A model generated the notes under the pieces. It searched no databases. It had not been told where the DNA came from and saw nothing but the letters and a program-made list of their open reading frames with translations. Positions 33,713 through 43,438 of a stretch of 64,000 bases of DNA are shown here, piece after piece (positions within the stretch are counted from its first letter, which is position 1; every line of letters begins with the position of its first letter). The stretch comes from Candidatus Avimonas caecicola (lineage in GTDB: Bacteria > Bacillota > Clostridia > Oscillospirales > Acutalibacteraceae), in contig CAJFTG010000002.1 in the NCBI GenBank assembly GCA_904419875.1, forward strand, positions 24,039 through 88,038. The letters are read 5' to 3'. The position numbers were made by a program, and so were the translations under genes.

Positions 33713-35086
33713 TCAGATGACCAGGGTGATAATCCGGAGTGCAAAGAGCACCGCGCAGACATACATCACCGGGTGGATATCCCGGAATTTGCCGGTCACC
33801 AGCTTGAGGATAACCCAGGCCAGCATGCCGAACATAATGCCGTTGGCGATCGAATAGGTGAAGGGCATCATGATCAGGGCCAGGAACCCGCCCAGCACGT
33901 CCGCAATGTCGCCTTCGAATTTCATCTTCATGACCGCGGACATCATCAGCAGGCCGACAAAGACCAGGGCCGGCGTGGTCGCAAAGGACGGGATTGCCAG
34001 GAAGATCGGGGACAGGAAGAGCGCGAGGATAAACATTACCGCCGTGGTGATCGCCGTCAGGCCGGTGCGCCCGCCTTCCGACACGCCGGCGGTGCTTTCC
34101 ACATAGCTGGTAACGGTGGAGGTGCCCAGGCAGGCGCCCGCAACCGTGCCGATCGCATCCGCCATCAGGGCGCGGCCGGCGCGGGGCAGGTTGCCCTTTT
34201 CGTCCAGCAGGTTGCCCTTGCTCGCCACGCCGACCAGGGTGCCGACCGTGTCAAACAGGTCGACGAACAGGAAGGAGAAGGCGATCACGGCAAAGTTCAG
34301 CGCGTTCTTCGCCACATAGCTGAAATCAAACTTGAAGAAGGTGTCGCTCAGGGACGGGGGCAGGAAGCCCGACGGGGTAAAGGACGGGAAGACCGAATAC
34401 ACGCCGGCGGCCGCATCCACCTTATACCAGCCGATCAGCTCCGCGCCCATGCCGAGCACCCAGGTAATCAGTATACCCCAGAGGATCGCGCCCTTGATGC
34501 GGAAGTGATGCATCGCCGCAATCACCAGCAGGCCAACCAGCGCCAGAACAACCGGCGCGCTCTGGAAGCTGCCCATCGTGACCAGCGTGGAGGGCTCCGC
34601 AATCACAATGCCGGCGCCCTTCAGGCCCACGATGGAAATAAACAGGCCGATGCCGGCGGTAATCCCATACTTCAGGTTCTCGGGGATCGAGTTCACCAGC
34701 GTCTCCCGGAATTTAAACAGGGACATGATGATGAAGATGATGCCTTCCACCAGGATGGCGGTCAGCGCCACCTGCCACGGGTTTTCGATTCCCTGCGCCG
34801 CCAGCTCCGTGCAGACGGTGTAGGAAAAATAGGCGTTCAGGCCCATGCCGGACGCCAGGGCGACCGGATAGTTGGCGAACACGCCCATGATGATGGTGGC
34901 AAACGCAGCGGAAACGGCCGTCGCCGTAAACACCGCGCCCGAATTCATGCCCGCATCCGCCAGCATGCTCGGGTTGACGGCCAGAATGTAGGCCATCGCC
35001 AGGAAGGTGGTGATACCAGCGATGATTTCTGTTTTCACCGTGGTGCCATGTTCCTTGAGCTTGAAAAATTTGTCCAGCTTCTCCAC
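33713..35086 (-). CDS. NCS2-family purine permease (AzgA/PbuG-like guanine/hypoxanthine or adenine permease)
   Basis: GTG at 35086, 5 nt after GAGGAGGAG. (M)EKLDKFFKLKEHGTTVKTEIIAGITTFLAMAYILAVNPSML... is the typical N-terminus. 457 aa and multi-TM. The ORF-track extension to 35824 is low-complexity Pro/Ser. Confidence 0.88.
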   Translation of the reverse strand: MEKLDKFFKLKEHGTTVKTEIIAGITTFLAMAYILAVNPSMLADAGMNSGAVFTATAVSAAFATIIMGVFANYPVALASGMGLNAYFSYTVCTELAAQGIENPWQVALTAILVEGIIFIIMSLFKFRETLVNSIPENLKYGITAGIGLFISIVGLKGAGIVIAEPSTLVTMGSFQSAPVVLALVGLLVIAAMHHFRIKGAILWGILITWVLGMGAELIGWYKVDAAAGVYSVFPSFTPSGFLPPSLSDTFFKFDFSYVAKNALNFAVIAFSFLFVDLFDTVGTLVGVASKGNLLDEKGNLPRAGRALMADAIGTVAGACLGTSTVTSYVESTAGVSEGGRTGLTAITTAVMFILALFLSPIFLAIPSFATTPALVFVGLLMMSAVMKMKFEGDIADVLGGFLALIMMPFTYSIANGIMFGMLAWVILKLVTGKFRDIHPVMYVCAVLFALRIITLVI

Positions 35087-35147
35087 TCTTTCTCCTCCTC
35101 TTTTTCTCCTCGTTCTTCTTTGAAAAGCGCGCAAAAACGATGCTTTC

Positions 35148-35176
35148 AGTATAGTCGAAGAATAAGGAAAAATCAA
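35148..35176 (-). promoter_or_regulatory. Sigma-A promoter for the purine permease gene
   Basis: The minus strand reads TTGATT-17 nt-TATACT, about 60 nt upstream of the GTG start. Confidence 0.5.
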
Positions 35177-35289
35177 GTTCCTGTACAAAGTTTGTTCATA
35201 ATTTTTCGAAAATCCCCGGATTTTGTCTTTAAAATGCATCCGGCCGTCCCCGCTTCTTCCCCTCCTTCCCTTTCTTCCCCCGGCGTAAT

Positions 35290-35560
35290 CCTGAGAAGAA
35301 CAGGAGAGAGCTGGATAGAGGATAGAGCAGGATAGAACAGGATAGAAACAGGAGGGAACAAAGGGGCGGGGCCGCGCGGCCGGAAAAGGTAGGGAAAGTG
35401 GGAAAGGTGGGACAGGCGGGAAAACGAGGAGGACAGGAGGACAAGAAGACAGGAAGACAGGGGGACGGCAAGGGGACGAAGAGGAAGAAGGCGGCGGCGA
35501 GGAAGGACGCTCAGGGCAGCTCAAGGCAGCAAAAAAAGGAAAGGAAAGCAAAAGCAGGAC
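35290..35560. repeat. ~270-bp polypurine (plus-strand G/A) low-complexity block with degenerate 8-10-bp repeats (gatagaRcag, gggaaaGtg)
   Basis: 35401..35460 contains only 8 pyrimidines in 60 nt. It is the compositional mirror image of the block at 32930..33300, on the other side of the convergent gene pair. Confidence 0.9.
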
Positions 35561-35576
35561 TGGCCCCGGCAGGCAA

Positions 35577-35618
35577 AACGGACAGCACGGCGGAAGGGAA
35601 TCCCTTCGCCGTGCTGTC
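35577..35618 (-). terminator. Rho-independent terminator (minus strand)
   Basis: The minus strand reads gacagcacggcgaaggg-att-cccttCcgccgtgctgtc followed by CGTTTTG. The stem is 12+5 bp with one bulge. It lies 200 nt after the stop at 35815. Confidence 0.65.
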
Positions 35619-35814
35619 CGTCGCCGCAGGCCGCTCAGGGGAACGGCAGCCTTTCCGGCATCTATTACAAACCGCCGGGGAGAGCGGCTGTAATACACGT
35701 ATTCTCTCCCCACGGACCTCAGCAGGGCCGTCCCGGCGCCGGAGGGCTTCTCCGGCTGCCTGCCGCTGTCCGAAGGAGGCCGGCCGACCGCGGCCGGGTT
35801 TGGATGAGGGCGGG

Positions 35815-36234
35815 TTACGCGCACCGGCCGGCGGCGGCGCCGGCCTCCTTACGCCGGATGTCTTTCCTCCGGGTGTTGCCCCGCCGCACCTCCGCCGTCA
35901 TGGGGACGGGACGGGCGACCGGCAGCGTTACAATCGACTCCGCCCGCTCGGCCGCCGCCCGGCGGCGAAGCGCCCGGGCACGGCGCCGGACGGCCGCGGC
36001 ATCCTGCCGCATGGCGCCGGCGCAGCACAGAAGGATGACCAGCCGCAGCGCCACCAGCACAGCCGTCAGCGCCGGGAAGAGGGCCGGAGTCAGCGCGCCC
36101 GCCGCAATCCCCTCGATCACGGCGCAGAGCAGGGGAAGCAGCGCCATCCGGCGGGTGCGGGCCAGCGCCGCCTTGTTGAACATGTACAGGAACATCCCGG
36201 TCATGGCAAGGATGCTGCAAAGACTGAGGAGCAT
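35815..36234 (-). CDS. Hypothetical small membrane protein (3 predicted TM helices, Arg-rich tail)
   Basis: ATG at 36234 after AAAGGA. MLLSLCSILAMTGMFLYMF...LLPLLCAVIEGIAAGALTPALFPALTAVLVALRLVILLCCAG. The downstream terminator supports transcription. The overlapping ORF 35849..36244 looks like junk. Confidence 0.45.
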   Translation of the reverse strand: MLLSLCSILAMTGMFLYMFNKAALARTRRMALLPLLCAVIEGIAAGALTPALFPALTAVLVALRLVILLCCAGAMRQDAAAVRRRARALRRRAAAERAESIVTLPVARPVPMTAEVRRGNTRRKDIRRKEAGAAAGRCA

Positions 36235-36461
36235 AGCGTTTCATCCTTTCTTCGGGGGACGGGCCCCGGGAGCTTATAAACGTGTGTTCGGAACATGTGT
36301 TCGTTACCGTGTATCCTTATTATACACAACTTTCGCCGAATTGCAAGGGGTTTTTCAAAAAAAATCGAACATGGGTTCGCGTTTCTTTCCGTTGCATCCT
36401 TCTGCCGCGTGTGTTATACTGTATGTTAATTCTCACCCCAGAGCACAGGAGGTTTCCCATT

Positions 36462-38633
36462 ATGAATATACCCGCCGTACTGGCACAGGAATTCCATCTG
36501 CGGCCCGCCCAGGTGGAAAACACCCTTCGGCTGATCGACGACGGCAACACCATCCCCTTCATCGCCCGCTACCGCAAGGAAATGACCGGCTCGCTGGACG
36601 ACCAGGTTCTCCGTGCGCTGTCCGAGCGGCTCGCCTACCTGCGGAATCTGGACGAACAGCGGGAGAAGGTGCGGGCCGCGATTGCGGAGCAGGGAAAGCT
36701 GACCGGCGAGCTCGCCGCCGCGCTGGAGGCCGCCGCCACCCTGACCGAGGTGGAGGACCTTTACCGCCCCTACCGTCCCAAGCGGAAAACCCGCGCCTCC
36801 GTCGCCCGGGAAAAGGGGCTGCAGCCCCTGGCCGACGCCCTTTACGCGCAGGATAAGCAGTCCCCCGCTCCGCTGGAGCTGGCGGCGGCTTACGTGTCGG
36901 AGGAAAAGGGCGTGGCGACGGCGGAGGAGGCGCTGCAGGGCGCGCAGGATATCCTTGCCGAGCAGATTTCGGACGACGCGGGGGTCCGCCGCCGGCTGCG
37001 GGTGGTGTGCATGGCAAACGGCGAGCTGACCGCCAAGGGCGCGCAGGAGGAGCTCGGCGTGTACGAAACGTATCGGGAGTTCCGCGAGCCGCTGCGCCGG
37101 GTCGCCGGCCACCGTGTGTTGGCGGTCAACCGCGGGGAGCGGGAGGGGGCGCTCAAGGCGGGCATCGCCTTCGACCGGGACAAGGGCGTCTCGATCACCG
37201 CCTCCGCCCACGTGAAGGAGGGTTCGCCCTGCACCCCGGTCGTGCGGGCCGCGGCGGAGGACGCTTACGACCGGCTGATCTTCCCCTCCGTCGAGCGGGA
37301 GCTGCGGGGAGAGCTGACCGACCGGGCGGACGAGGCGGCGATCAAGGTGTTTTCCCTCAACCTCCGCCACCTGCTGATGCAGCCTCCGGTCAGGGGGAGG
37401 GTCGCGCTCGGCCTGGATCCCGGTTACCGCACCGGCTGCAAGGTCGCGGTGGTGGACGGGACCGGCAAGGTGCTGGAGACCGGCGTGATCTACCCCGTCC
37501 CGCCCCACAATAAAACCGCGGAGGCCAAGGCGGTGCTTACCCGGCTGATCCGGGAGCACGGGGTGGAGATCCTCGCCATCGGCAACGGCACCGCCTCCCA
37601 TGAGACGGAGGTGTTTGCCGCGGGATTAATCCGGGAGCTGGGCGGCGGCCTCTCCTATATGGTGGTGAGCGAGGCGGGGGCCTCGGTTTATTCCGCCTCC
37701 AAACTGGCGGCGGAGGAATTCCCGGATTACGACGTTTCCCTGCGCTCGGCGGTGTCGATCGCCCGCCGGCTGCAGGACCCGCTCGCCGAGCTGGTGAAAA
37801 TCGACCCCAAGGCCATCGGGGTGGGCCAGTATCAGCACGACATGCCCCAGAACCGGCTCTCCGAAGCGCTGGACGGGGTGGTGGAGGACTGCGTGAACGC
37901 CGTCGGGGTGGACCTGAACACCGCCTCCGCCCCCCTGCTCGCCCGGGTGGCCGGGGTGAACGGGACGGTGGCGAAGAACATCGTCGCCTACCGGGAGGAA
38001 AACGGGGCCTTCCTCACCCGCGCGGCGCTGAAAAAGGTGCCGAAGCTCGGCCCCAAGGCGTTTGAGCAGTGCGCGGGCTTCCTGCGGGTGCCGGAGAGCA
38101 GGAACGCGCTGGATAACACCGCCGTCCATCCCGAAAGCTACGAGGCCGCCAGACGCCTCCTCGCCCGCTGCGGGGCGGACGAAGCGGACGTGAAAAGCGG
38201 CGCGCTCGGCGCCCTGCCGGAAAAAATCCGCGAGCTGGGGGAAGAAGCCCTCGCGGCGGAGATCGGGGTGGGCGTCCCCACCCTGCAGGACATCGCGGCG
38301 GAGCTGGCCAAGCCCGGCCGCGACCCGCGGGACGAGCTGCCTCCCCCGCTGCTGCGCACCGACGTGATGGGGCTGGAGGACCTCCGGCCCGGCATGGAAC
38401 TGGACGGCACGGTCCGCAACGTGATCGACTTCGGCGCGTTTGTGGACATCGGCGTACACCAGGACGGGCTGGTCCATATCTCCCAGATTACCAACCGCTT
38501 TATCCGGCATCCCGCCGAGGTGGTCAAGGTGGGCGACGTGGTGAAGGTCTGGGTGCTGTCGGTGGATCCGGCGAAAAAGCGGATTTCCCTGACCATGAAG
38601 CCGCCCCAGCCGGAAAAAGCCGCCGTCCGCTGA
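36462..38633 (+). CDS. tex: Tex-like transcription accessory protein (YqgF/RuvX-like + HhH + S1 RNA-binding domain)
   Basis: ATG at 36462, 9 nt after AGGAGG. MNIPAVLAQEFHLRPAQVENTLRLIDDGNTIPFIARYRKEMTGSLDD is the hallmark N-terminus. C-terminal S1 domain (GTVRNVIDFGAFVDIGVHQDGLVHISQI). Confidence 0.92.
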   Translation: MNIPAVLAQEFHLRPAQVENTLRLIDDGNTIPFIARYRKEMTGSLDDQVLRALSERLAYLRNLDEQREKVRAAIAEQGKLTGELAAALEAAATLTEVEDLYRPYRPKRKTRASVAREKGLQPLADALYAQDKQSPAPLELAAAYVSEEKGVATAEEALQGAQDILAEQISDDAGVRRRLRVVCMANGELTAKGAQEELGVYETYREFREPLRRVAGHRVLAVNRGEREGALKAGIAFDRDKGVSITASAHVKEGSPCTPVVRAAAEDAYDRLIFPSVERELRGELTDRADEAAIKVFSLNLRHLLMQPPVRGRVALGLDPGYRTGCKVAVVDGTGKVLETGVIYPVPPHNKTAEAKAVLTRLIREHGVEILAIGNGTASHETEVFAAGLIRELGGGLSYMVVSEAGASVYSASKLAAEEFPDYDVSLRSAVSIARRLQDPLAELVKIDPKAIGVGQYQHDMPQNRLSEALDGVVEDCVNAVGVDLNTASAPLLARVAGVNGTVAKNIVAYREENGAFLTRAALKKVPKLGPKAFEQCAGFLRVPESRNALDNTAVHPESYEAARRLLARCGADEADVKSGALGALPEKIRELGEEALAAEIGVGVPTLQDIAAELAKPGRDPRDELPPPLLRTDVMGLEDLRPGMELDGTVRNVIDFGAFVDIGVHQDGLVHISQITNRFIRHPAEVVKVGDVVKVWVLSVDPAKKRISLTMKPPQPEKAAVR

Positions 38634-39987
38634 GGCGGGCGGCGGGAAAAGACGGCTGTGCAGATCCCCGGCTCATGGGCCGGCGGGAAAAGAGCGGGTA
38701 TTTTCCCCGGGCGGTACGTCCCAAGGTATCCCGCGGCAAAGCAGGGCATGCCGGGCCGCCATGGCGGATCTGTGCCGGCTCGGCCGCGCTTGCCCGTTTC
38801 CGGCTGCCGCCTCCCCGCGGGGATTCCCCGCGGCTTTTCCTGACCTGGCCGGGAAAAGGGCGCCGGGCCCGGCGGCGGATGCTGGGCATTCGCGAAAATG
38901 GTGCGGCAGCCATGGCGAGGCAGTTCCGGGGGACGCGGGCCTGTCCGAAAGGCGAAAACGCCGGCGCCCCCTTTGCGGAAAACAGGTAGGCGTTATGGCT
39001 GTTTCCGCCGCCCATAAAGCTCCCCCTGCGGGCTGCCGGCGGCAGATCCCGCGTCGTTTATCCGCTCCGCCGTCGGAGGGGACACCGCGCGGGGCGGGCG
39101 CCTGCCTCACGCCGGGCGGCCGTTCGGGCTGTCCGCTGCTGCGCCGCGCTGATGCGGGGGACGGAAAGCCGGTTTTTCCGGCTCGCATGCGGCAAATATG
39201 CCCCCGCCCTTCCCTCCGTGGGCAGCCGGCCGGCGTGCAGAACCGGCGGCTGTCCGTCTGCAGCAGCGCGCAGCCGGGCGCCGGCTTTCTTGTGGAACGG
39301 CCGGCCGGGGAAGCCGGCCCGGTGGTTCATTCCGCCCGCAGGGTTTCCTCCGCCTGCTGTTCGGAGCGGACGGCTCCGAGAATCCCGCTTTCCTTTGCCC
39401 CCCGGCGCGGGAGGCCGCGGCACGGACGGGATGGCGCGCTTGACAGGCGCGTGTCTCTTCCCCGTCGGGAGGCGGAATCCGGCCCCGCAGGCACGGCCTG
39501 GCCTCCCTTGCAGGGCCGGCCCGGCCACAGTCCATACCGGGCGGTTTGCGCCATGCCCAAAATCTGCCCGACCGGTCCACGGCCGCGGCGAAAGCGGCGT
39601 CCGCCCGCGTCGTTTAAGCAGGCAGAAAACCGCGCGTTCCGGCCGCAGCCGCGCCGCATATGCCCGCCTGCCGTTGGGAAGCCGTCCACGGAAGCTGCCG
39701 GCCTCACCTGGCAGAACCGAGGCGTTATTGCGGACGAACACAGTCATAACCACCAGCGGGGCGGCCTGAACCGACCCGGAGGGGGGCTTTTGCCGACCGG
39801 CGTCAAAGGACGCATGGGAATTTCGACCCTCGCGTCAAGCGCCCTGCCGCCTGGAAATCCGCCCGCTGAATAACGGTTCTGCCAAGCTTCCAGTTTTTCG
39901 AACGGCATCCTGCGTCAATCCGCACGGGAAGCGAATGCTTTTTACGGGATTCCTCCGCCGGCAAGGCCGGCGGGGTTCCGATACGGC

Positions 39988-40024
39988 CAAAACGGCCCTG
40001 CACGCCCGGTCAGGCGCGCAGGGC
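39988..40024 (-). terminator. Rho-independent terminator for gpmI
   Basis: The minus strand reads ggccctgcgcgc-(8 nt)-gcgtgcagggcc followed by GTTTTGG (12-bp stem, one mismatch), 33 nt after the stop. Confidence 0.55.
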
Positions 40025-40056
40025 CGTTGTTCATGGTTTGATTAACGCTTCCGGGG

Positions 40057-41592
40057 TCAGGAAACGATCAGGCTCCGGCCGTCCATCTCCTGCGGCTGAG
40101 GCAGGCCCATCAGCTCAAGCATGGTGGGCGCGATGTCCGCCAGGCGGCCGCCCTCCCGCAGCTTGCAGGGACGGCCCGCCACACAGAACGGCACCGGGAA
40201 GGTGGTGTGGGCGGTAAACGGCGTGCCGTCCGGCTCGCTCATCTTGTCCGCATTGCCGTGGTCGGCGGTGATCAGGGCCACGCCGCCCATCGACAGGGTG
40301 GCTTCCACCACCCGGCCGACGCACTCGTCCACCGTCTCCACCGCCTTGACCGCCGCGTCAAAAATGCCGGTATGGCCGACCATATCGCAGTTGGCGAAGT
40401 TCAGGACCACCATGTCGTACGCGCCGGACTTCAGCCGCTCCACCACCGCGTCGCACACCGGATAGGCGCTCATCTCCGGCTTGAGGTCGAAGGTCGCCAC
40501 ATCGGGGGTGGGGATCAGCACCCGGTCCTCGCCGGGAAACTTCACTTCCTCGCCGCCGTTAAAGAAGAAGGTGACATGCGCGTATTTGGTGGTTTCTGCA
40601 ATGCGCAGCTGGGTTCTGCCCGCCTTGCTGACCGTCTCGCCCATGGTCATGGTGAGTTCCTTGGGGGCGAAGGCGACCTTCACGTTCGGCATGGTCGCGT
40701 CGTACTCGGTCATGCAGACGTAGGTCAGCCGCAGCATGCCGCCCCGGCGATCGAAGCCGGTGAAATCCGGATCCACAAAGGCGCGGGTCAGCTCGCGGGC
40801 GCGGTCGGGACGGAAGTTGAAAAACACCACGCTGTCCCCGTCCTTCACCGGCGAGCCGCCGGCGATGACGGTGGGGATGACAAACTCGTCGGTGATGTGC
40901 TTGCCCTCTTCGTCAATGGTCTCATAGGACTTGGCGACCGCGGCGGCCGGGTCGTCCGCCTGGATGCCTTCCCGCAGGACCATGGCGTTGTACGCCTTTT
41001 CCACGCGGCCCCACTGGGTGTCGCGGTCCATGCCGTAGTACCGGCCCATGACGGTGGCGATCCGTCCCACGCCGATTTCCTTCAGCCGGGCCTCCAGTTC
41101 CTCGACGTACCCCTTGCCGGAGGCGGGGGGTACGTCCCGGCCGTCCAGCATCGCGTGGACGCAGACGTTTTCCACCCCCCGCTTTTTCGCCATCTCCAGC
41201 AGGGCGAAAAGGTGGGTGTTGTGGCTGTGCACGCCGCCGTCCGACAGCAGCCCCAGCAGGTGGAGGGCCGCGCCCGGCCTTTTGGCGTTTTCCATCGCCT
41301 CGGTCAGCACCGGGTTCTGGAAGAAATCCCCGTCCTGGATGGCCTTGGTAATCCGGGTCAGCTCCTGGTACACCACCCGGCCGGCGCCGATGTTGGTGTG
41401 GCCGACCTCGCTGTTGCCCATCTGGCCGTCCGGCAGGCCGACATCCATCCCCGAGGCGCCGATGGTGGTGAAGGGATTTTCGGCAAACAGCCGGTCGAGG
41501 TTGGGGGTGTTGGCCGCCTTGACGGCGTTACCGCGGGTTTCCGGGTTCATGCCGAACCCGTCCATTATAATTAACGTAACCGGTTTTTTCAT
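40057..41592 (-). CDS. gpmI: 2,3-bisphosphoglycerate-independent phosphoglycerate mutase
   Basis: 511 aa. [14 protein letters not shown]...NTPNLD...[14 protein letters not shown]...ITADHGNA are hallmark iPGM motifs. Confidence 0.95.
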   Translation of the reverse strand: MKKPVTLIIMDGFGMNPETRGNAVKAANTPNLDRLFAENPFTTIGASGMDVGLPDGQMGNSEVGHTNIGAGRVVYQELTRITKAIQDGDFFQNPVLTEAMENAKRPGAALHLLGLLSDGGVHSHNTHLFALLEMAKKRGVENVCVHAMLDGRDVPPASGKGYVEELEARLKEIGVGRIATVMGRYYGMDRDTQWGRVEKAYNAMVLREGIQADDPAAAVAKSYETIDEEGKHITDEFVIPTVIAGGSPVKDGDSVVFFNFRPDRARELTRAFVDPDFTGFDRRGGMLRLTYVCMTEYDATMPNVKVAFAPKELTMTMGETVSKAGRTQLRIAETTKYAHVTFFFNGGEEVKFPGEDRVLIPTPDVATFDLKPEMSAYPVCDAVVERLKSGAYDMVVLNFANCDMVGHTGIFDAAVKAVETVDECVGRVVEATLSMGGVALITADHGNADKMSEPDGTPFTAHTTFPVPFCVAGRPCKLREGGRLADIAPTMLELMGLPQPQEMDGRSLIVS

Positions 41593-41733
41593 GGCTGTGG
41601 CCTTTCCTTTCCCGTTGGCGGGCGGCAGCCCCCGGCCGGCGCCGGAGAGAAAAGTCCCGGCCCCGCCGCATGCGTGCAGTCGGCCGGCAGGCGGCCTCCA
41701 ACGGCTTTTTCCAGTGTTTGATGGTTTCCTGAT

Positions 41734-42405
41734 TTATTGCTTTCCGATGGCGAGCAGGCCGGCCAGCTTGCTGAAGGGCATGGTCTGAATCCAGATATGG
41801 CCCGGCCCGGTCAGGCGGGTGTTGAACAGCCCCTCGCCGCCGAACACCACGTTTTTCACGCCCTTGACCGTCTCCACCGTCATCTGCACGGTGGCGGTCA
41901 TCGCGGCCAGGTGGCCGGAGTCGATCATCAGGGACTGGCCGGGCGCGAGGTCGTATTCCACCACATGGCCGTCCATTTCCAGGAACGCCATGCCCTGCCC
42001 GGACAGGCGCTGCATGATGAAGCCCTCTCCGCCGAAGAAGCCCGCGCCGATCTTCCGGCTGAAGTGGGTGCTCAGCTGCACCCCCGCTTCCGCCGCCAGA
42101 AAGGCGGTCTTCTGCACAATGATCTCCGCCCCCGGGGCGATCGGAATCGCCAGGATCCGGCCCGGGAAGCTGCTGGCAAAGGCGATCAGCCCTTCCCCGC
42201 CCCGGCAGGTATAGGTGTTCATGAACATCGATTCCCCGCTGAAGGCCCGGCCGAACGCCTTGCCCAGTCCGCCTTCCATGGAGGTCTTCATCTCCATGTT
42301 CGGGGTCATCCAGCTCATGGCTCCTTTTTCGGTGAGCATCTGCTCCCCGTCGCTCAGGGTGCAGATGACCACCGGAAGATTGCCGCCTTCAATGGTGTAG
42401 CGCAT
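41734..42405 (-). CDS. AIM24/TIGR00266 (DUF124) family protein
   Basis: 223 aa. MRYTIEGGNLPVVICTLSDGEQMLTEKGAMSWMTPNMEMKT...GEGFIMQRLSGQGMAFLEMDGHVVEYDL...GEGLFNTRLTGPGHIWIQTM matches the family pattern as I recall it. Confidence 0.8.
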   Translation of the reverse strand: MRYTIEGGNLPVVICTLSDGEQMLTEKGAMSWMTPNMEMKTSMEGGLGKAFGRAFSGESMFMNTYTCRGGEGLIAFASSFPGRILAIPIAPGAEIIVQKTAFLAAEAGVQLSTHFSRKIGAGFFGGEGFIMQRLSGQGMAFLEMDGHVVEYDLAPGQSLMIDSGHLAAMTATVQMTVETVKGVKNVVFGGEGLFNTRLTGPGHIWIQTMPFSKLAGLLAIGKQ

Positions 42406-42483
42406 GGTTCTCCCATCCTTTCTCCGGGGCGGCCGTGCCGGCCGTCCTCCGCCTCTCTTCGTTTGTGCCGCGTTATCCGCCGC

Positions 42484-43239
42484 TTATTTCGCCGCTTTCA
42501 CAATCGTGGCAAAATCGGGCGCCTTGAGGGACGCGCCGCCGATCAGGCCGCCGTCCACATCGGGCTGCGCAAGCAGCTCGGCCGCGTTGCCGGCGTTCAT
42601 CGAGCCGCCGTACTGGATCACCGTGTCCTCCGCCGTCTTCGCGTCGTACAGCCCGGCGAGGGTGCCGCGGATGAGGCGGCAGACCTCGTTGGCCTGGGCC
42701 GCGGTCGCGGTGCGGCCGGTGCCGATGGCCCATACCGGCTCATAGGCGATGATGACGCGGGCCATCTCCTGGGCCGACACGCCGCCCAGGGCGATCTTGG
42801 TCTGCATGGCCACCACCTCGCCGGTCACGCCCTGCTCCCGCTGCTCCAGATACTCGCCCACGCAGAGGATCACGGTCAGGCCGGCATCCAGCGCGGCGCG
42901 CACCCTCTTCTGCACGGTCACGTCGGTGTCCCCGAAATAGGTGCGGCGCTCGCTGTGGCCGAGGATGACATAGCCGACCCCCATGCTTTTGAGCATGTCG
43001 GCCGACACCTCCCCGGTGAAGGCGCCGGATTTCTCCCAGTGGCAGTTCTGCGCGGCGACCCCGATTCCGGACCCCTTCACCGCTTCCAGGGCGGCGGGCA
43101 GGTCCACGAAGGGCACGCCCACCACCACGTCGCAGGAGGCGTCCGCGACCAGGGGCTTGATCTCCCCGATCAGGGCGGCGGCCTCCGCGGGGGTTTTGTT
43201 CATCTTCCAGTTGCCGGCGATTACATACTTACGGCTCAT
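42484..43239 (-). CDS. tpiA: Triose-phosphate isomerase
   Basis: 251 aa. VIAGNWKMNK, ILGHSERR, AYEPVWAIGTG and YGGS motifs. Confidence 0.95.
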   Translation of the reverse strand: MSRKYVIAGNWKMNKTPAEAAALIGEIKPLVADASCDVVVGVPFVDLPAALEAVKGSGIGVAAQNCHWEKSGAFTGEVSADMLKSMGVGYVILGHSERRTYFGDTDVTVQKRVRAALDAGLTVILCVGEYLEQREQGVTGEVVAMQTKIALGGVSAQEMARVIIAYEPVWAIGTGRTATAAQANEVCRLIRGTLAGLYDAKTAEDTVIQYGGSMNAGNAAELLAQPDVDGGLIGGASLKAPDFATIVKAAK

Positions 43240-43438
43240 TTTTATGCTTCCTTCCTGTGTTTCATGATGAATTTTCGGCCGGAAACGCCGCCGAAGCGGC
43301 CTTTACAGCGCAAGAGCGCCGCAAAACGCGGTTTGCGGCGCTCTGGAAGACCCGCCCGGCCCGCGCCGGGGACGGCCGCTTTCACCGTCCCCGCGCGCTT
43401 GGTTCCCGGACCTCTCCGGACCCGGCGCGTTCGTCCTC

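Noticed and set aside
35087-35260. Purine (guanine/adenine) riboswitch upstream of the NCS2 purine permease, as is common in Firmicutes.
   Set aside because: I read the minus-strand leader and did not find the conserved junction elements (…UAUAAU…GGAUAUGG…GUUUCUACC…CCGUAAAU…GACUAUG). I found only a promoter and a leader of about 60 nt.
38761-39873. 370-aa ORF (and overlapping ORFs on both strands) in the tex-gpmI gap as a possible real gene.
   Set aside because: The composition (Arg/Pro/Gly/Cys-rich) and the lack of any recognisable motif or ribosome-binding site argue against coding. I kept the interval as an unexplained-region finding instead.
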